This document shows positions 1 to 13,464 of a stretch of DNA of 64,000 nucleotides, one piece after another. The stretch is from assembly GCA_964016885.1 (NCBI GenBank), contig OZ024757.1, positions 18,724,001-18,788,000 on the forward strand. Direction: 5' to 3'. Under the pieces are notes generated by a model. That model was not told the DNA's origin and did not search any database. It was given only the letters and a program-made list of their open reading frames with translations. Positions within the stretch are counted from its first letter, which is position 1, and every line of letters starts with the position of its first letter. Made by a program: the position numbers and the translations under genes. This stretch comes from Eledone cirrhosa (taxonomy: Eukaryota).

Positions 1-122
1 ATGTGTGTTTATCTACTTTTATATTTATTCTTTTTCCTTTCCTTCTTCCTTTTCCAGCCTCACTTTCATATAGATTATATTTTTGTTTTTAAAATCCACT
101 GTCAATAAATACACCAGGATTT

Positions 123-183
123 TTTCATTCTGATGACTGAAAGCAAATTTTTTTTGTTTTCAAGAAACCACTGGTAAATGAAA
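123..183 (+). ncRNA. Type I hammerhead ribozyme motif
   Basis: Stem I tttcatt(123-129)/aatgaaa(177-183); CTGATGA 130-136; stem II tgaaagcaa/ttgttttca; GAAA 164-167; short stem III cca-c-tgg; GUA triplet 174-176. Confidence 0.85.
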
Positions 184-434
184 TAATTATCTTATGTTGT
201 TTATTACATAAATATATATATATATATATATATATTAGGTCCTTAAATATTGAAATTCGATTTCCTTACGTACTTCGTACTTTCAATTTGAAATCGGACA
301 ATTGATACTTAATGACATGATATTTACATGTGTGAATGTATGTGTATATACATATATACACACATACATACAAACATACACTCACAGAAACACAAATATA
401 TATGTGTATATGCGTATACGGAAACATATATATG

Positions 435-498
<64 letters not shown>

Positions 499-505
499 AT
501 ATATT

Positions 506-1103
506 ATGTCAGGTCACCAGTTGGTACTACTGGTAACATGTATCCCAGTACAACCTGTCTCATGGTCGGGTCGTTGGCGACTAAACTGGCAACCCCTTGG
601 TGAGGAGGGTGACTTTGGACATCCTGCAGGACTAAAAACAAAACCTGTCAAAGGGCAAAGGAGCTCTTAAGAGTCAATGGCCATCCAAAATCACCGGGAG
701 AGATGACCCCTTAGCCTTTGTCAAGGCTGAATTCTAGGAGAAGGAAAACTCTGATATAACACCTGCAACCCTGATGGTATCCAATGACGTTGACTTGTTC
801 TTCTTTTTGGTAAATATCATCTTAGTTAAGAGAGTGGGACTGGCTTTGTGCAGTGCCTTGGCTCACTATAAAAGCTTCACGGCACAGGCATTGCTTTATA
901 TCTGGAGATCTCTCTGCACTTGTCGTCACATGGTTCCATGGGCCCAGCACTATGTGTCAATAGTTGTCACAGGTGTAGTGTTTGTACCAGAGTTTTCAAG
1001 TCGCTGGCTGGACTAAAGTCACATTCGTTCAGCGCATCGGTAGGAGTTCTCCTACATGGATATAAAGTAGTGGCCGTACTTGAAAACGAGTTGGCAGCCA
1101 CCA
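506..1103 (+). mobile_element. Non-autonomous RTE-derived ~600-bp retroelement, copy 1
   Basis: Four copies in window; 3' part reads CSVCTRVFKSLAGLKSH, like the terminal zinc finger of the RTE ORF at 30641; tail ggccgtact.gaaaacgagttggcagccacca resembles the RTE tail at 27919-27958. Confidence 0.75.
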
Positions 1104-1135
1104 TATATATATATATGTATATATATGTGGGTATG

Positions 1136-1188
<53 letters not shown>

Positions 1189-1326
1189 ATGTGTGTGTGC
1201 GTGCATGTGTGTTTATCTACTTTTATATTTATTCTTTTTCCTTTCCTTCTTCCTTTTCCAGCCTCACTTTCATATAGATTATATTTTTGTTTTTAAAATC
1301 CACTGTCAATAAATACACCAGGATTT

Positions 1327-1387
1327 TTTCATTCTGATGACTGAAAGCAAATTTTGTTTGTTTTCAAGAAACCACTGGTAAATGAAA
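1327..1387 (+). ncRNA. Type I hammerhead ribozyme motif (duplicate of 123-183)
   Basis: tttcatt-CTGATGA-stem II-GAAAccactggTA-aatgaaa. Confidence 0.85.
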
Positions 1388-1615
1388 TAATTATCTTATG
1401 TTGTTTATTACGTAACTATATATATATATTGAAATTCGATTTCCTTACGTACTTCGTACTTGCAATTTGAAATCGGACAATTGATACTTAATGACATGAT
1501 ATATACATGTGTGAATGTATGTGTATATACATATATACACACATACATACAAACATGCACTCACATAAACACAAATACATATGTGTATATGCGTATACGG
1601 AAACATATATATATG

Positions 1616-1675
<60 letters not shown>

Positions 1676-1682
1676 ATATATT

Positions 1683-2263
1683 ATGTCAGGTCACCAGTTG
1701 GTACTACTGGTAACATGTATCCCAGTACAACCTGTCTCATGGTCGGGTCGTTGGCGACTAAACTGGCAACCCCTTGGTGAGGAGGGTGACTTTGGACATC
1801 CTGCAGGACTAAAAACAAAACCTGTCAAAGGGCAAAGGAGCTCTTAAGAGTCAATGGCCATCCAAAATCACCGGGAGAGATGACCCCTTAGCCTTTGTCA
1901 AGGCTGAATTCTAGGAGAAGGAAAACTCTGATATAACACCTGCAACCCTGATGGTATCCAATGATGTTGACTTGTTCTTCTTTTTGGTAAATATCATCTT
2001 GGTTAAGAGAGTGGGACTGGCTTTGTGCAGTGCCTTTGCTCACTACAAAAGCTTCACGGCACAGGCATTGCTTTATATCTGGAGATCTCTCTGCACTTGT
2101 CGTCACATGGTACCATGGGGCCAGCACTGTGTCAATAATTGTCACAAGAGTTTTCAAGTCGCTGGCTGGACTAAAAAGTCACACTCGTTCAGCGCATCGG
2201 TAGGGGTTCTCCTACATGGATATAAAGTAGTGGCCGTACTCGAAAACAAGTTGGCAGCCACCA
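1683..2263 (+). mobile_element. Non-autonomous RTE-derived element, copy 2
   Basis: Near-identical to 506-1103 with a small internal deletion. Confidence 0.75.
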
Positions 2264-2275
2264 TATATATATATA

Positions 2276-3475
2276 AGGGTGGCCCTTAGCAATAGATAAT
2301 TTTCCAAAATAGGTTAAATGCTGCTCCCACCGACTAATACTGTTCCAATCGACATGAAAACGGGATGTGCAAATTTTCAGCTCAATCAGACAACTGTTAG
2401 GCGACCCTCAAACGTCTTGAAGTTGGAACATAGTATATGCAACGATTAATTCTGTCCAAAAGTGGTATACTGTTCCCTATCTCGACCATTTTCTTTTTTC
2501 TTCTTAGAGAAATTTATGTGGACACATTCAGGCAACCCCTGCAAATGTTTAAAAACGTCCTGAATCAAATTTACCAATAGTTAATTTGAAAAATTCCTGA
2601 AATAACAGGAAAAACTTAAGAAATATTCGGTTTTCTTAATAAAGCACACAACTTCTATAAGAGAAACGCATTTTTATTTACAACAATAATTTCTATAGAA
2701 TCAAAAACATTATTTCGAGGTTAACTTTGCCTCCCGCCGAGGTTAGCTTTGCCTTTCATCCTTACGGGGTCGATAACATAAAGTACCAGTAATACACTGG
2801 GTAATTGCTGGCCTTGTGCCAAAAGTAGAAACAATTATTTTTGCATAAGAGAGGATTTAGTGGCAGTTGGGTATGTTTTACGGTTTTCGGTAACGATCTG
2901 TAAAACAAATTGTTTCTCAGTTTCATCTTTTGTGAGAATGTTATTGCAATCCTGAATGAGTTTTACACCTCTTTCTGCAACTGTCTTCTCAAGTTTTTCT
3001 AGTCCACTTTTACAACCAGGATCATCCTTCCATGTTGAAGGGTCTTTGTCGAGGAAATCGGTGCTGATAGAAAATCTCGTGAAGAAATTTTATGTACCAG
3101 GAGTTACAAAAGACGAAAACTTGATGTTTGTAAAGGAAGAAAAGTCATTTTGGTGCAGAATCTACCTCTTCAGTTGATTTTTTTCTTCTTCCTCTTTTCA
3201 GACCTTTGTCTGCTTCCAGCATAACTTGAGCAATATTTACCTTAACTTCTCCCTGCTCTCCTTTTCTCTTTGCTCTCCTTTTCTCTGTGTCTCCATGACC
3301 TCCTTTTCTCCTTTCTCTCCCTTTTCTCCTTACTCTCCTTTTCTCCTTTTAGATGGGGTAGGGGGGTGAGACTGACCCTGTACCCATCTTTTTTTACCAT
3401 TCTCTTGGCTTCATTTAATTCATCCTGGCTTACATCGATTGTTTCGCTTTTCTTGGCTCCTTTGGCAAACGACAT
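2276..3475 (-). pseudogene. Decayed DNA transposon; transposase C-terminus (hAT/hATm-like by recall)
   Basis: Minus strand ~2835-3090 translates FLDKDPSTWKDDP...TVAERGVKLIQDCNNILTKDETEKQFVLQIVTENRKTYP, with upstream stops; terminus-like agggtggccc at 2277. Confidence 0.6.
2716..2838 (+). mobile_element. tRNA-derived SINE fragment (Meta-domain-like)
   Basis: gccgaggttagctttgcctttcatccttacggggtcgata...gtaccag core shared with many copies in the window. Confidence 0.8.
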
Positions 3476-3569
3476 ATTTTGTTTTGCGCTGGTGTCGATG
3501 TTGTTGTTATTCTCATTGTTGTGTTGTTGCTGTTGTTGTTATTGTTATAAGGAAATAGTATGGTAATGA

Positions 3570-3652
3570 TGATATATATATATGTGTGTATATGTATGCA
3601 GGCTATGTATTTATGTATCTATGTATCTATGTATATATATATATATATTATA

Positions 3653-3700
<48 letters not shown>

Positions 3701-3754
3701 ATATATATTATATATATATATATATTATATATATATATATATATTATATATATA

Positions 3755-3844
<90 letters not shown>

Positions 3845-3949
3845 ATATATTATATATATATATATATCTTATATATATATATAATATTATATATATATAT
3901 ATTATATATATATTATATATATATATTATATATATATATTATATATATA

Positions 3950-4015
<66 letters not shown>

Positions 4016-4144
4016 TATATATATATATATATATTATAATATATAATTATATATATATTATTATATATATTATATATATATTATATATATATATTATATA
4101 TATATTATATATATATTATATTTATATTATTATATATATTATAT

Positions 4145-4210
<66 letters not shown>

Positions 4211-4260
4211 TATGTATGTATATGTATGTATATATGTGTGTGTTTATATATATTATTTGA
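3570..4260. repeat. (TA)n microsatellite
   Basis: Direct observation. Confidence 0.95.
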
Positions 4261-4879
4261 ACCAGTTTTCTACGGTTCAAATGAACTATATTTACATTCA
4301 GATTAATAGTTAATAGAAATGTGTTTGGGGGGGGGGGAGGGTTATCACGCCTGAAAGAATTAACCACATGATGTTGAATTTCTTGACGAACAGGCTACTG
4401 GATCAACCTAATAAAATGAGCGCCAAAAGGGGGAAAAACACGTACCATTATCACAAGGACAGTGTTATTAGACAAAGCAAAGTTGTTTAGAAAGGGATTA
4501 ACATGATATTACTTCTGTCTATTAAAACTTCCCGTCATTCGATATTTCTTATTTTAATCTTAAATAAAAACACCTGAACTAATTTCAACCCGCAGACACC
4601 TAACCAACTTTTTCCTCAACAATTTCAAGCAGGCTTTCTCTGATGCATGAATTATGACATGACAGCCGACGATGTCCACTGCTTACACTGTCTAGTGTTA
4701 TCTTATGATGTCTAGACTTTTTTATGTATAGATTCCATCGAATCAAGCTAGCTCGCAGGTGGGATTATGTAACTTCCAGTTAGCTCAGATACATTGGCAT
4801 ATACTTATATAACTCTACAGATTTCCAAAGGGGGGTTTGTATTGCGCAATTGTATCTTCTTGTATCACAGCTCAAAACA

Positions 4880-5226
4880 AAAAACTATATATCATAAACA
4901 CACAGACACACACATATATTTATATATTTATATAAACATACACACACTACGCAGGCATAAATATATATATATATATAAACACACACAGTCTCAAAACACA
5001 CACACATACGCACACACATATATATACACACACATATATATATGTGTGTGTGTGTGTCTGTGTGTGTGTGTATATATATATGTATATATATATATATATA
5101 TGAGTGTGTGTGTATATATGTATTTATATATATGTGTGTGTGTGTATATATATGTATATGTATATATATATATATGTATGTATATTATATGTATATGTAT
5201 ATATATATATATGTATATGTATATAT

Positions 5227-5287
<61 letters not shown>

Positions 5288-5529
5288 TATATGTATGTAA
5301 ATATATATATATGTATGTAAATATATATATATGTATATATATATATGTATGTAAATATATATATATGTATATATATATATATATGTATATGTATATATAT
5401 ATGTGTGTAAATATATATGTATATATATATGTGTGTAAATATATATATATATATATGTATATACATATATATATATATATGTGTATATATATATGTGTGT
5501 GTGTGTGCATATATATATAAATGTATGTG

Positions 5530-5591
<62 letters not shown>

Positions 5592-5618
5592 TATGTGTGT
5601 GTTTATGTGTGTATGTAC

Positions 5619-5680
<62 letters not shown>

Positions 5681-5695
5681 ATAAATACACACACA
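4880..5695. repeat. (TA)/(TG)/(CA) compound microsatellite
   Basis: Direct observation. Confidence 0.95.
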
Positions 5696-5819
5696 GTCGG
5701 GAGGTATGTATGAAGGTCGCTAACAAGTGCAGCTCCGCTGTTCAGTCGATCTTAAACAAGCGTTCTAGCGTGTATGAAATAATTACTTTCTGTAACCTTC
5801 CCAGTCTCATTATTGCCTT

Positions 5820-7260
5820 CATCACTAGCACCGCCACCGCCACCACCACCACCACCACTAGCTCTAGCGCCACCGCCACCACCACCACTAGCTCTAGCGC
5901 CACCACCACCAGTACTAGCTCTAGCGCCACCGCCACCACTAGCTCTAGCGCCACCACCACCAGTACTAGCTCTAGCGCCACCGCCACCACCACCACTAGC
6001 TCTAGCGCCACCACTAGCTCTAGCGCCACCACCACCAGTACTAGCTCTACCGCCACCACCACTAGCTCTAGCGCCACCACCACCAGTACTAGCTCTAGCG
6101 CCACCACCACCACCACCACCACTAGCTCTAGCGCCACCACCACCAGTACTAGCTCTACCACCACCACCACTAGCTCTAGCGCCACCACCACTACTAGCTC
6201 TACCGCCACCACCACCACCACCACTAGCTCTACCGCCACCACCACCACCACCACTAGCTCTAGCGCCACCACTAGCTCTAGCGCCACCACCACCAGTACT
6301 AGCTCTAGCGCCACCACCACCACCACCACTAGCTCTAGCGCCACCACTAGCTCTAGCGCCACCACCACCAGTACTAGCTCTACCGCCACCACCACTAGCT
6401 CTAGCGCCACCACCACCACTAGCTCTACCGCCACCACCACCACCACCACTAGCTCTAGCGCCACCACCACCAGTACTAGCTCTACCACCACCACCACTAG
6501 CTCTAGCGCCACCACCACCAGTACTAGCTCTACCGCCACCACCACCACCACCACTAGCTCTAGCGCCACCACCACCAGTACTAGCTCTACCGCCACCACC
6601 ACTACCTCTAGCGCCACCACCACCACTAGCTCTACCACCACCACTAGCTCTACCGCCACCACCACCACCACCACCACTAGCTCTAGCGCCACCACCACCA
6701 GTACTAGCTCTACCGCCACCACCACTACCTCTAGCGCCACCACCACCACTAGCTCTACCGCCACCACCACCACCACCACCACTAGCTCTAGCGCCACCAC
6801 CACCAGTACTAGCTCTACCGCCACCACCACTACCTCTAGCGCCACCACCACCACTAGCTCTACCGCCACCACCACCACCACCACTAGCTCTAGCGCCACC
6901 ACCACCAGTACTAGCTCTACCGCCACCACCACTACCTCTAGCGCCACCACCACCACCTCTAGCTCTAGCGCCATCACCACCACCTCTAGCTCTACCCCCA
7001 CCACCACACCACTAGCTCTAGCGCCACCGCCACCACTACTAGCTCTACCGCCACCACCACTAGTTCTAGTGCCACCACCACTACTACTAGCTCTACCACC
7101 ACCACCACCACCATCACCACCACCACCACCTCTAGCGCCACCACTACCACCACCACTAGCTCTAGCGCCACCACCACCACCACCATCACTACTACTACTA
7201 GCTCCATTACTACCAATACCACCCACACATCACAACCACCACTACCAACAACAGCAACCA
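5820..7260. repeat. ACC-based minisatellite (actagctctagcgccaccacc units)
   Basis: Direct observation. Confidence 0.95.
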
Positions 7261-7298
7261 TGTTTCTTTAGCTCTCTCTCCTCTTTATCTTTCTGTCT

Positions 7299-7364
<66 letters not shown>

Positions 7365-7365
<1 letters not shown>

Positions 7366-7718
7366 ACTGCACCCCAGCCGTTTTTATGAAAGATGGGTGA
7401 AAGTGGCGAGAATGGCCCGTGTGAATGGGCCTTCACTCTACATCAGACTATAGGTGAGAAAGATGAAAGACCAAGGGAGCACCCCTTCTCTGTGCTCCCG
7501 AGGAGAAGGGTTGCACACTTTTTTTCGGGGGTGTGTGCGACCCCCCAAGGCGCCTCCTCTCTATTGAGGACTTTGTTATAAATTTTATTTTTTATAATAT
7601 TTTATTTTATTTTTATATATTGTTATTGCCTCCTCCTTATTGAGGACGCCTTGTTTTGTAAACTCCCCCCATTGTACTTGTCCCACTTTTGATGCCCTGG
7701 TGGCAAATAAAAGAAACA
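7365..7718 (+). mobile_element. Tx1-like non-LTR retrotransposon 3' end inserted in (TATC)n
   Basis: Homologous to 50470-50850; ends ...aataaaagaaac; (TATC)n on both sides. Confidence 0.6.
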
Positions 7719-7744
7719 TCTATCTATCTATCTAACTATCCGTG

Positions 7745-7809
<65 letters not shown>

Positions 7810-7812
7810 TTC

Positions 7813-7850
<38 letters not shown>

Positions 7851-7998
7851 AGAATAGAACTGCCTTCCCACCCTTAAACTACTGAAATGGACTCTACCTT
7901 GTTACTGTGTTGATTGTTATTTACGTCTGTGTGGACATTTGAGAGCTGAGGGTAGGGGACAGTGTCAAATATCGGTGGGTGCATATATATAAATATAT

Positions 7999-8057
<59 letters not shown>

Positions 8058-8441
8058 AATATATATATATATAAATATATATAAATATAAATGTATAAAT
8101 ATATATATTAAAAAAAAATATATATATATATATACATACATAGTACATAATATGTATATATATATATATAAATATATATATATAAATAGATATATAAATA
8201 TATAAATATATAAATATATAAAAATATATATAAAATATATATATATATATATATGCATACATAGTACATAATATGTATATATACATACATTGTACATAAT
8301 ATGTATGTATATATATATATATATATATATATACATACATAGTACATAATATGTATATATATATACATACATAGTACATAATATGTATATATACATACAT
8401 AGTACATAATATGTATATATACATACATTGTACATAATATG

Positions 8442-8477
<36 letters not shown>

Positions 8478-8656
8478 CACACACACTCACACACAATAGT
8501 TACCGATTGTTTCGTTTATCTTCAGTGACTACCTTCAAATCTTTTCAATTTAGCGCATGATCACACAATATTTGAGCCATGCATTATCGATCTGTGTTGT
8601 GTCATGACCATTTTATCTGTGATCGGAACCTTAATGTTTCCCTCTGATCTAATCAT

Positions 8657-9400
8657 AGGCGGTGAATTGGCAGAGTCGTTAGAATGGCGGATAGAAATTC
8701 TTTATGGTATTCGTTCCGGCTCTCAATTCTGAGTTCAAATCCCACCGAGGTCAACTTTGCATTTCATTCTTTTAAGGTCAATATAAAAGTACCAGTTTCG
8801 TACTGTGGTCGATTATTTCTCTATATCTCTTTCTCACTTCCTCTCTCTCTCTCACTCTCTCTGAGCTTTGAGTTCAAATCCCACCGAGGTCAACTTTGCA
8901 TTTCATTCTTTTAAGGTCGATATAAAAGTACCAGTCTCGTACTGGGGTCGATTATTTCTCTATATCTCTTTCTCACTTGCTCTCTCTCACTCTCTCTGAG
9001 CTTTGAGTTCAAATCCCACCGAGGTCAGCTTTGCATTTCATTCTTTTAAGGTCGATATAAAAGTACCAGTCTCGTACTGGGGTCGTTTGTTCCTCTACAT
9101 CTCTTTCTCACTTCCTCTCTCTCACTCTCTCTGAGCTTTGAGTTCAAATCCCACCGAGGTCAACTTTGCATTTCATTCTTTTAAGGTCGATATAAAAGTA
9201 CCAGTCTCGTACTGGTGTCGATTATTTCTCTATATCTCTTTCTCACTTTCTCTCTCTCACTCTCTCTGAGCTTTGAGTTCAAATCCCACCGAGGTCAACT
9301 TTGCATTTCATTCTTTTAAGGTCGATATAAAAGTACCAGTCTCGTACTGGGGTCGATTCTTTCTCTATATCTCTTTCTCACTTCTTCTCTCTCACTGTTC
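8657..9400 (+). repeat. SINE followed by tandem amplification of its body (5 units, ~135-139 bp)
   Basis: gagttcaaatcccaccgagg at 8731, 8870, 9005, 9140, 9275; tRNA-like head only before the first unit. Confidence 0.9.
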
Positions 9401-9509
9401 TTTGCTCCTACTACTCTGTTAAGAGTTACGGGACTAAACCACCGTGGCCTACTCTGTTAGCTTCCACATGGATGATCTATTTGCTAGAAATAGCAACCAA
9501 ACAGCCACG

Positions 9510-10096
9510 CCTTCTTCTTCTTCTTCTTCTTCTTCTTCTTCTTCTTCTTCTTCTTTTCATTCTTCTTCTTCTTCTTCTTCTTCTTTGCCTTCTTCTTCTT
9601 TGCCTTCTTCTTCTTCTTTGCCTTCTTCTTTGCCTTCTTCTTTGCTTTCTTCTTCTTCTTCTTCTTCTTCTTCTTCTTCTTCTTCTTCTTCTTCTTTGCC
9701 TTCTTCTTCTTTGCCTTCTTCTTCTTCTTCTTCTTTTTCTTTTCCTTCTTCTTCTTCTTCTTCTTCTTCTTCTTCTTCTTCTTCTTCTTTGCCTTCTTCT
9801 TCTTCTTCTTTTTCTTTTCCTTCTTCTTCTTCTTCTTCTTCTTCTTCTTCTTCTTTGCCTTCTTCTTCTTTGCCTTCTTCTTCTTCTTCTTTTTCTTCTT
9901 CTTCTTCTTCTTCTTCTTCTTCTTCTTCTTCTTCTTCTTCTTTTCCTTCTTCTTCCTTTCCTTCTTCTTCTTCTTCTTCTTCTTCTTCTTTGCCTCCTTT
10001 GCCTTCTTCTTCTTCTTCTTCTTCTTCTTCTTCTTCTTCTTCTTCTTCTTTTTCCTCCTCTTCTTCTTCTTCTTCTTCTTCTTCTTCTTCTTCTTC
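9510..10096. repeat. (TTC)n microsatellite
   Basis: Direct observation. Confidence 0.95.
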
Positions 10097-10179
10097 CACA
10101 ACAACAGTTCAGCTAATCTAATGACATTCTATATTGAAAATTGGAATCGTACTGAGAGTGGTTTGGTAGTCATGAACGT

Positions 10180-10470
10180 CAAATGGCAGACAGGGTCTCC
10201 AACCTCGAAGTTCTTGACCCGGCTGAGACAAACAGTGTCGAAGCTGTGATACTGAAGTGCCGACTTCGATGGGTGGGACATGTCACCCGAATGGACGATC
10301 ACAGGCTTCCGAAACAACTGATGTGTGGGGAACTCTGTTCGGAGAAACGAAAGCAGGGCAGGCCTTTCAAGAGGTTCAAAGACTGCGTGAAATCCAGTAT
10401 CAACTTCACTGGAATCGCCCCAAGACGACTCGAGGCCCATGCTCAGGACAGGACTCAGTGGCGAGCCCAC
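10180..10470 (+). mobile_element. RTE-clade LINE fragment (post-RT region)
   Basis: RLRWVGHVTRMDDHRLPKQLMCGEL...GRPFKRFKDCVK...DRTQWR. Confidence 0.9.
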
Positions 10471-10946
10471 ATCTATACATACACATATATACATACACAT
10501 CTATATACATACATCTATATACATACACATATATACATACACATATATACATACACATATATACATACACATATATACATACACATATATACATACACAT
10601 GTATACATACATCTATATACATACATATATATATACATACACATATATACATACACATATATACATACACATCTATATATACACATATATACATACACAC
10701 ATATATACACACACTAAACTCTATACATACACATGTATACACACACTAAACTCTATACATACACTAAACTCTATACATACACATATATACATACACTAAA
10801 CTCTATACAAACACATATATACATACACATATATACATACACATCTATACATACACATCTATACATACACATCTATACATACACACATATACATACACAT
10901 ATATACATACACATCTATATACATACGTATATATACATACACATAT

Positions 10947-10977
<31 letters not shown>

Positions 10978-11340
10978 CATACACTAAACTATACATACAC
11001 ATATATACACACACTAAACTCTATACATACACATATATACATACACATATATACATACACATATATACATACACTAAACTCTATACATACCATCTATACA
11101 TACACATATATACATACACATATATACATACACATATATACACACACTAAACTCTATACATACACATATATACATACACTAAACTCTATACATACCATCT
11201 ATACATACACATATATACACACATATATACACACACTAAACTCTATACATACACATATATACATACACTAAACTCTATACATACCATCTATACATACACA
11301 TATATACACACACATATATACACACACTAAACTCTATACA
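10470..11340. repeat. CATA-based minisatellite
   Basis: Direct observation. Confidence 0.9.
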
Positions 11341-11358
11341 CAAGAATTACTTCCTTAC

Positions 11359-11416
11359 CAAAATGTCTCTTCTTCCAACTTGTGAAAGTCTGAAGATCAC
11401 GAAATAAGATTAGACC
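11359..11416 (-). CDS. Candidate 58-nt host exon (GLILFRDLQTFTSWKKRHF)
   Basis: Unique island between repeats, bounded by AG and GTAAGG on the minus strand, with an open frame. Confidence 0.25.
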
Positions 11417-11519
11417 CTATTTTTAAGTAGTGTGGTGGGGGTGGGTTGGTGGGTTGGTGGGTTGGTGGGAGGGGGTTTGAGGCGGATGGGTGTGTGTGTG
11501 GGGGGGGGGGATGAAAGTA

Positions 11520-12122
11520 CTTGTTGTTGATGTGGTTGTTGTTGTTATTGATGTTGTTGCTTTTGTTGTTGTTGAGGTGGTGATTGTTATTGTTTTTGGT
11601 GTTGTTATTCTTATTAGTGTTGTTGTTGATGTTGTTGTTGCTTTTGTTGTTGTTGTTGTTATTGTTGCTGCTTTTGTTGTTGTTATTCTTATTAATGTTG
11701 TTGTTGGTGTTGTTGTAATTGATGTTGTTGTTGTGGTTGTTATTCTTCTTGATGGTGTTGTTGTTGTTGCTTTTGTTGTTGTTGTTGTTGATGTTGTTAT
11801 TGTTATTGCTTTTGTTGTTGTTGATGCTGCTGTTGCTGTTGTTGTTGGTGGTGGTATTACAGTTGTTGTTGTTGTTGTCACTGCTTTTATTGTTGTTGCT
11901 GTTGTTGTATTTGCTGTTGTTGTTGTATTTGCTGTTGTTGTTGTATTTGCTATTGTTGTTGTATTTGCTGTTGTTGTATTTGCTGTTGTTGTTGTATTTG
12001 CTGTTGTTGTTGTATTTGCTATTGTTGTTGTATTTGCTGTTGTTGTATTTGCTGTTGTTGTTGTATTTGCTGTTGTTGTATTTGCTGTTGTTGTTGTATT
12101 TGCTGTTGTTGTTGTTGTTGTG
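11520..12122. repeat. (GTT)n-derived repeat
   Basis: Direct observation. Confidence 0.95.
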
Positions 12123-12353
12123 GTTAATAAAAATTCTTTGCCTACGAAACAAACAAACAACAAAAATGAGAAAAACTTCAATAAACGGAGGAAAAATAAA
12201 ACAAACAATAACAAATATTTAGTGAAAATAATAAAAAGATGTTTAAAAATAAAATAATAGAAAATAATTGAAAATTTAATGAAACAAAATAGAATGGTGA
12301 AATAAACATGTTTCTTCTACCTGGGATATATATAACGTTGTATAGCGGGGGTG

Positions 12354-12412
<59 letters not shown>

Positions 12413-12508
12413 CACTATCTATCTATCTAGATAGATAGATAGATAGGGGTGTATATATATATATATACACCCCCCCGCTATACAACGGGGGCTATCTATC
12501 TATCTATC

Positions 12509-12543
<35 letters not shown>

Positions 12544-12842
12544 CCCCCCCCCCTCTATATATATATATATATACACACAAACACACACACATATATATAC
12601 ATATATACACAGACACATATATATATATATATATATATGCATGTAATTGTATATTTATATATATATAATATATAGATGCTTATGTGTGTGTATGTGTATA
12701 GATATATACACATATGCATATATGCATGCATATGCATATATATATATATGTGTGTGTAAGTGTGTAAGTATATATATATATATATATCTAATTTTTTCCT
12801 GGGCCCTTTTTTTTCTCATTTCCTTATTTCACACACATGCAA

Positions 12843-12882
<40 letters not shown>

Positions 12883-13464
12883 ACACCTACAAAACAACAA
12901 CAAAAACAATAACAACAACCTTAAAAATAATCAATCAACAAGTTAAGACTGGAAGAGGTGGAGAAGAACAGGTATGAGGCGGGTGGAGGAGGGCGAGGGG
13001 AGGCAGGCGAAGATAGGATGGGGGGGGAGGCTGAAGAGGAGAGGGGGGAGGGGGAGGCTGAAGAGGAGGGGACGGGGTGGGTGGATAAGAAGAAGGAGGC
13101 TCAAGTGGTGTGGAAGAAATAGAGGTGAATGAGGGAGAGGGGGGGAGTGGGTAGAGAAGAAGGAGAGACCGAAGAAGAGGGGGGTGGAGGAGGAGGAGGA
13201 GGGATGAGGGGAGGAAAAGAAGTTGGAGGATGAGAGGAGTAGGTGGAGAAGAAAAAGGACCCTGAAGAAGAAGGAGAAGAAAACGAGGTGAAGGAAGAGG
13301 CGGCGGCTGACGTTGTAGGAAAGGGAGGTAACTGCTGTGTTTTTAATATCGTCAGTCCATCAATTCTGCTAGAAAAGACACACTGTCTTTCACTGATGAG
13401 CAGCAACTGTTTGATTTCATTTGAAACCTGAGTCACTGGTAAAGATGTAATTATTTACCTTGGC

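Larger units (their letters stand above)
1..2270. repeat. Tandem duplication of a ~1.2-kb unit (HHR element + microsatellite + RTE-derived element)
   Basis: Sequence at 1 recurs at 1205; 506-1103 recurs at 1683-2263 with few differences. Confidence 0.95.

Noticed and set aside
5521-7389. 622-aa mucin-like Thr/Ser ORF
   Set aside because: It spans an ACC minisatellite that is open in several frames on both strands, and starts and ends in microsatellites
8495-8532. Minus-strand CTGAAGA-taaac-GAAA motif
   Set aside because: No stem II and stem I is out of register
13386-13445. CTGATGA...GAAAcc..ggTA hammerhead-like string
   Set aside because: Stem I does not pair next to the core and stem II is poorly closed; probably chance or heavily decayed
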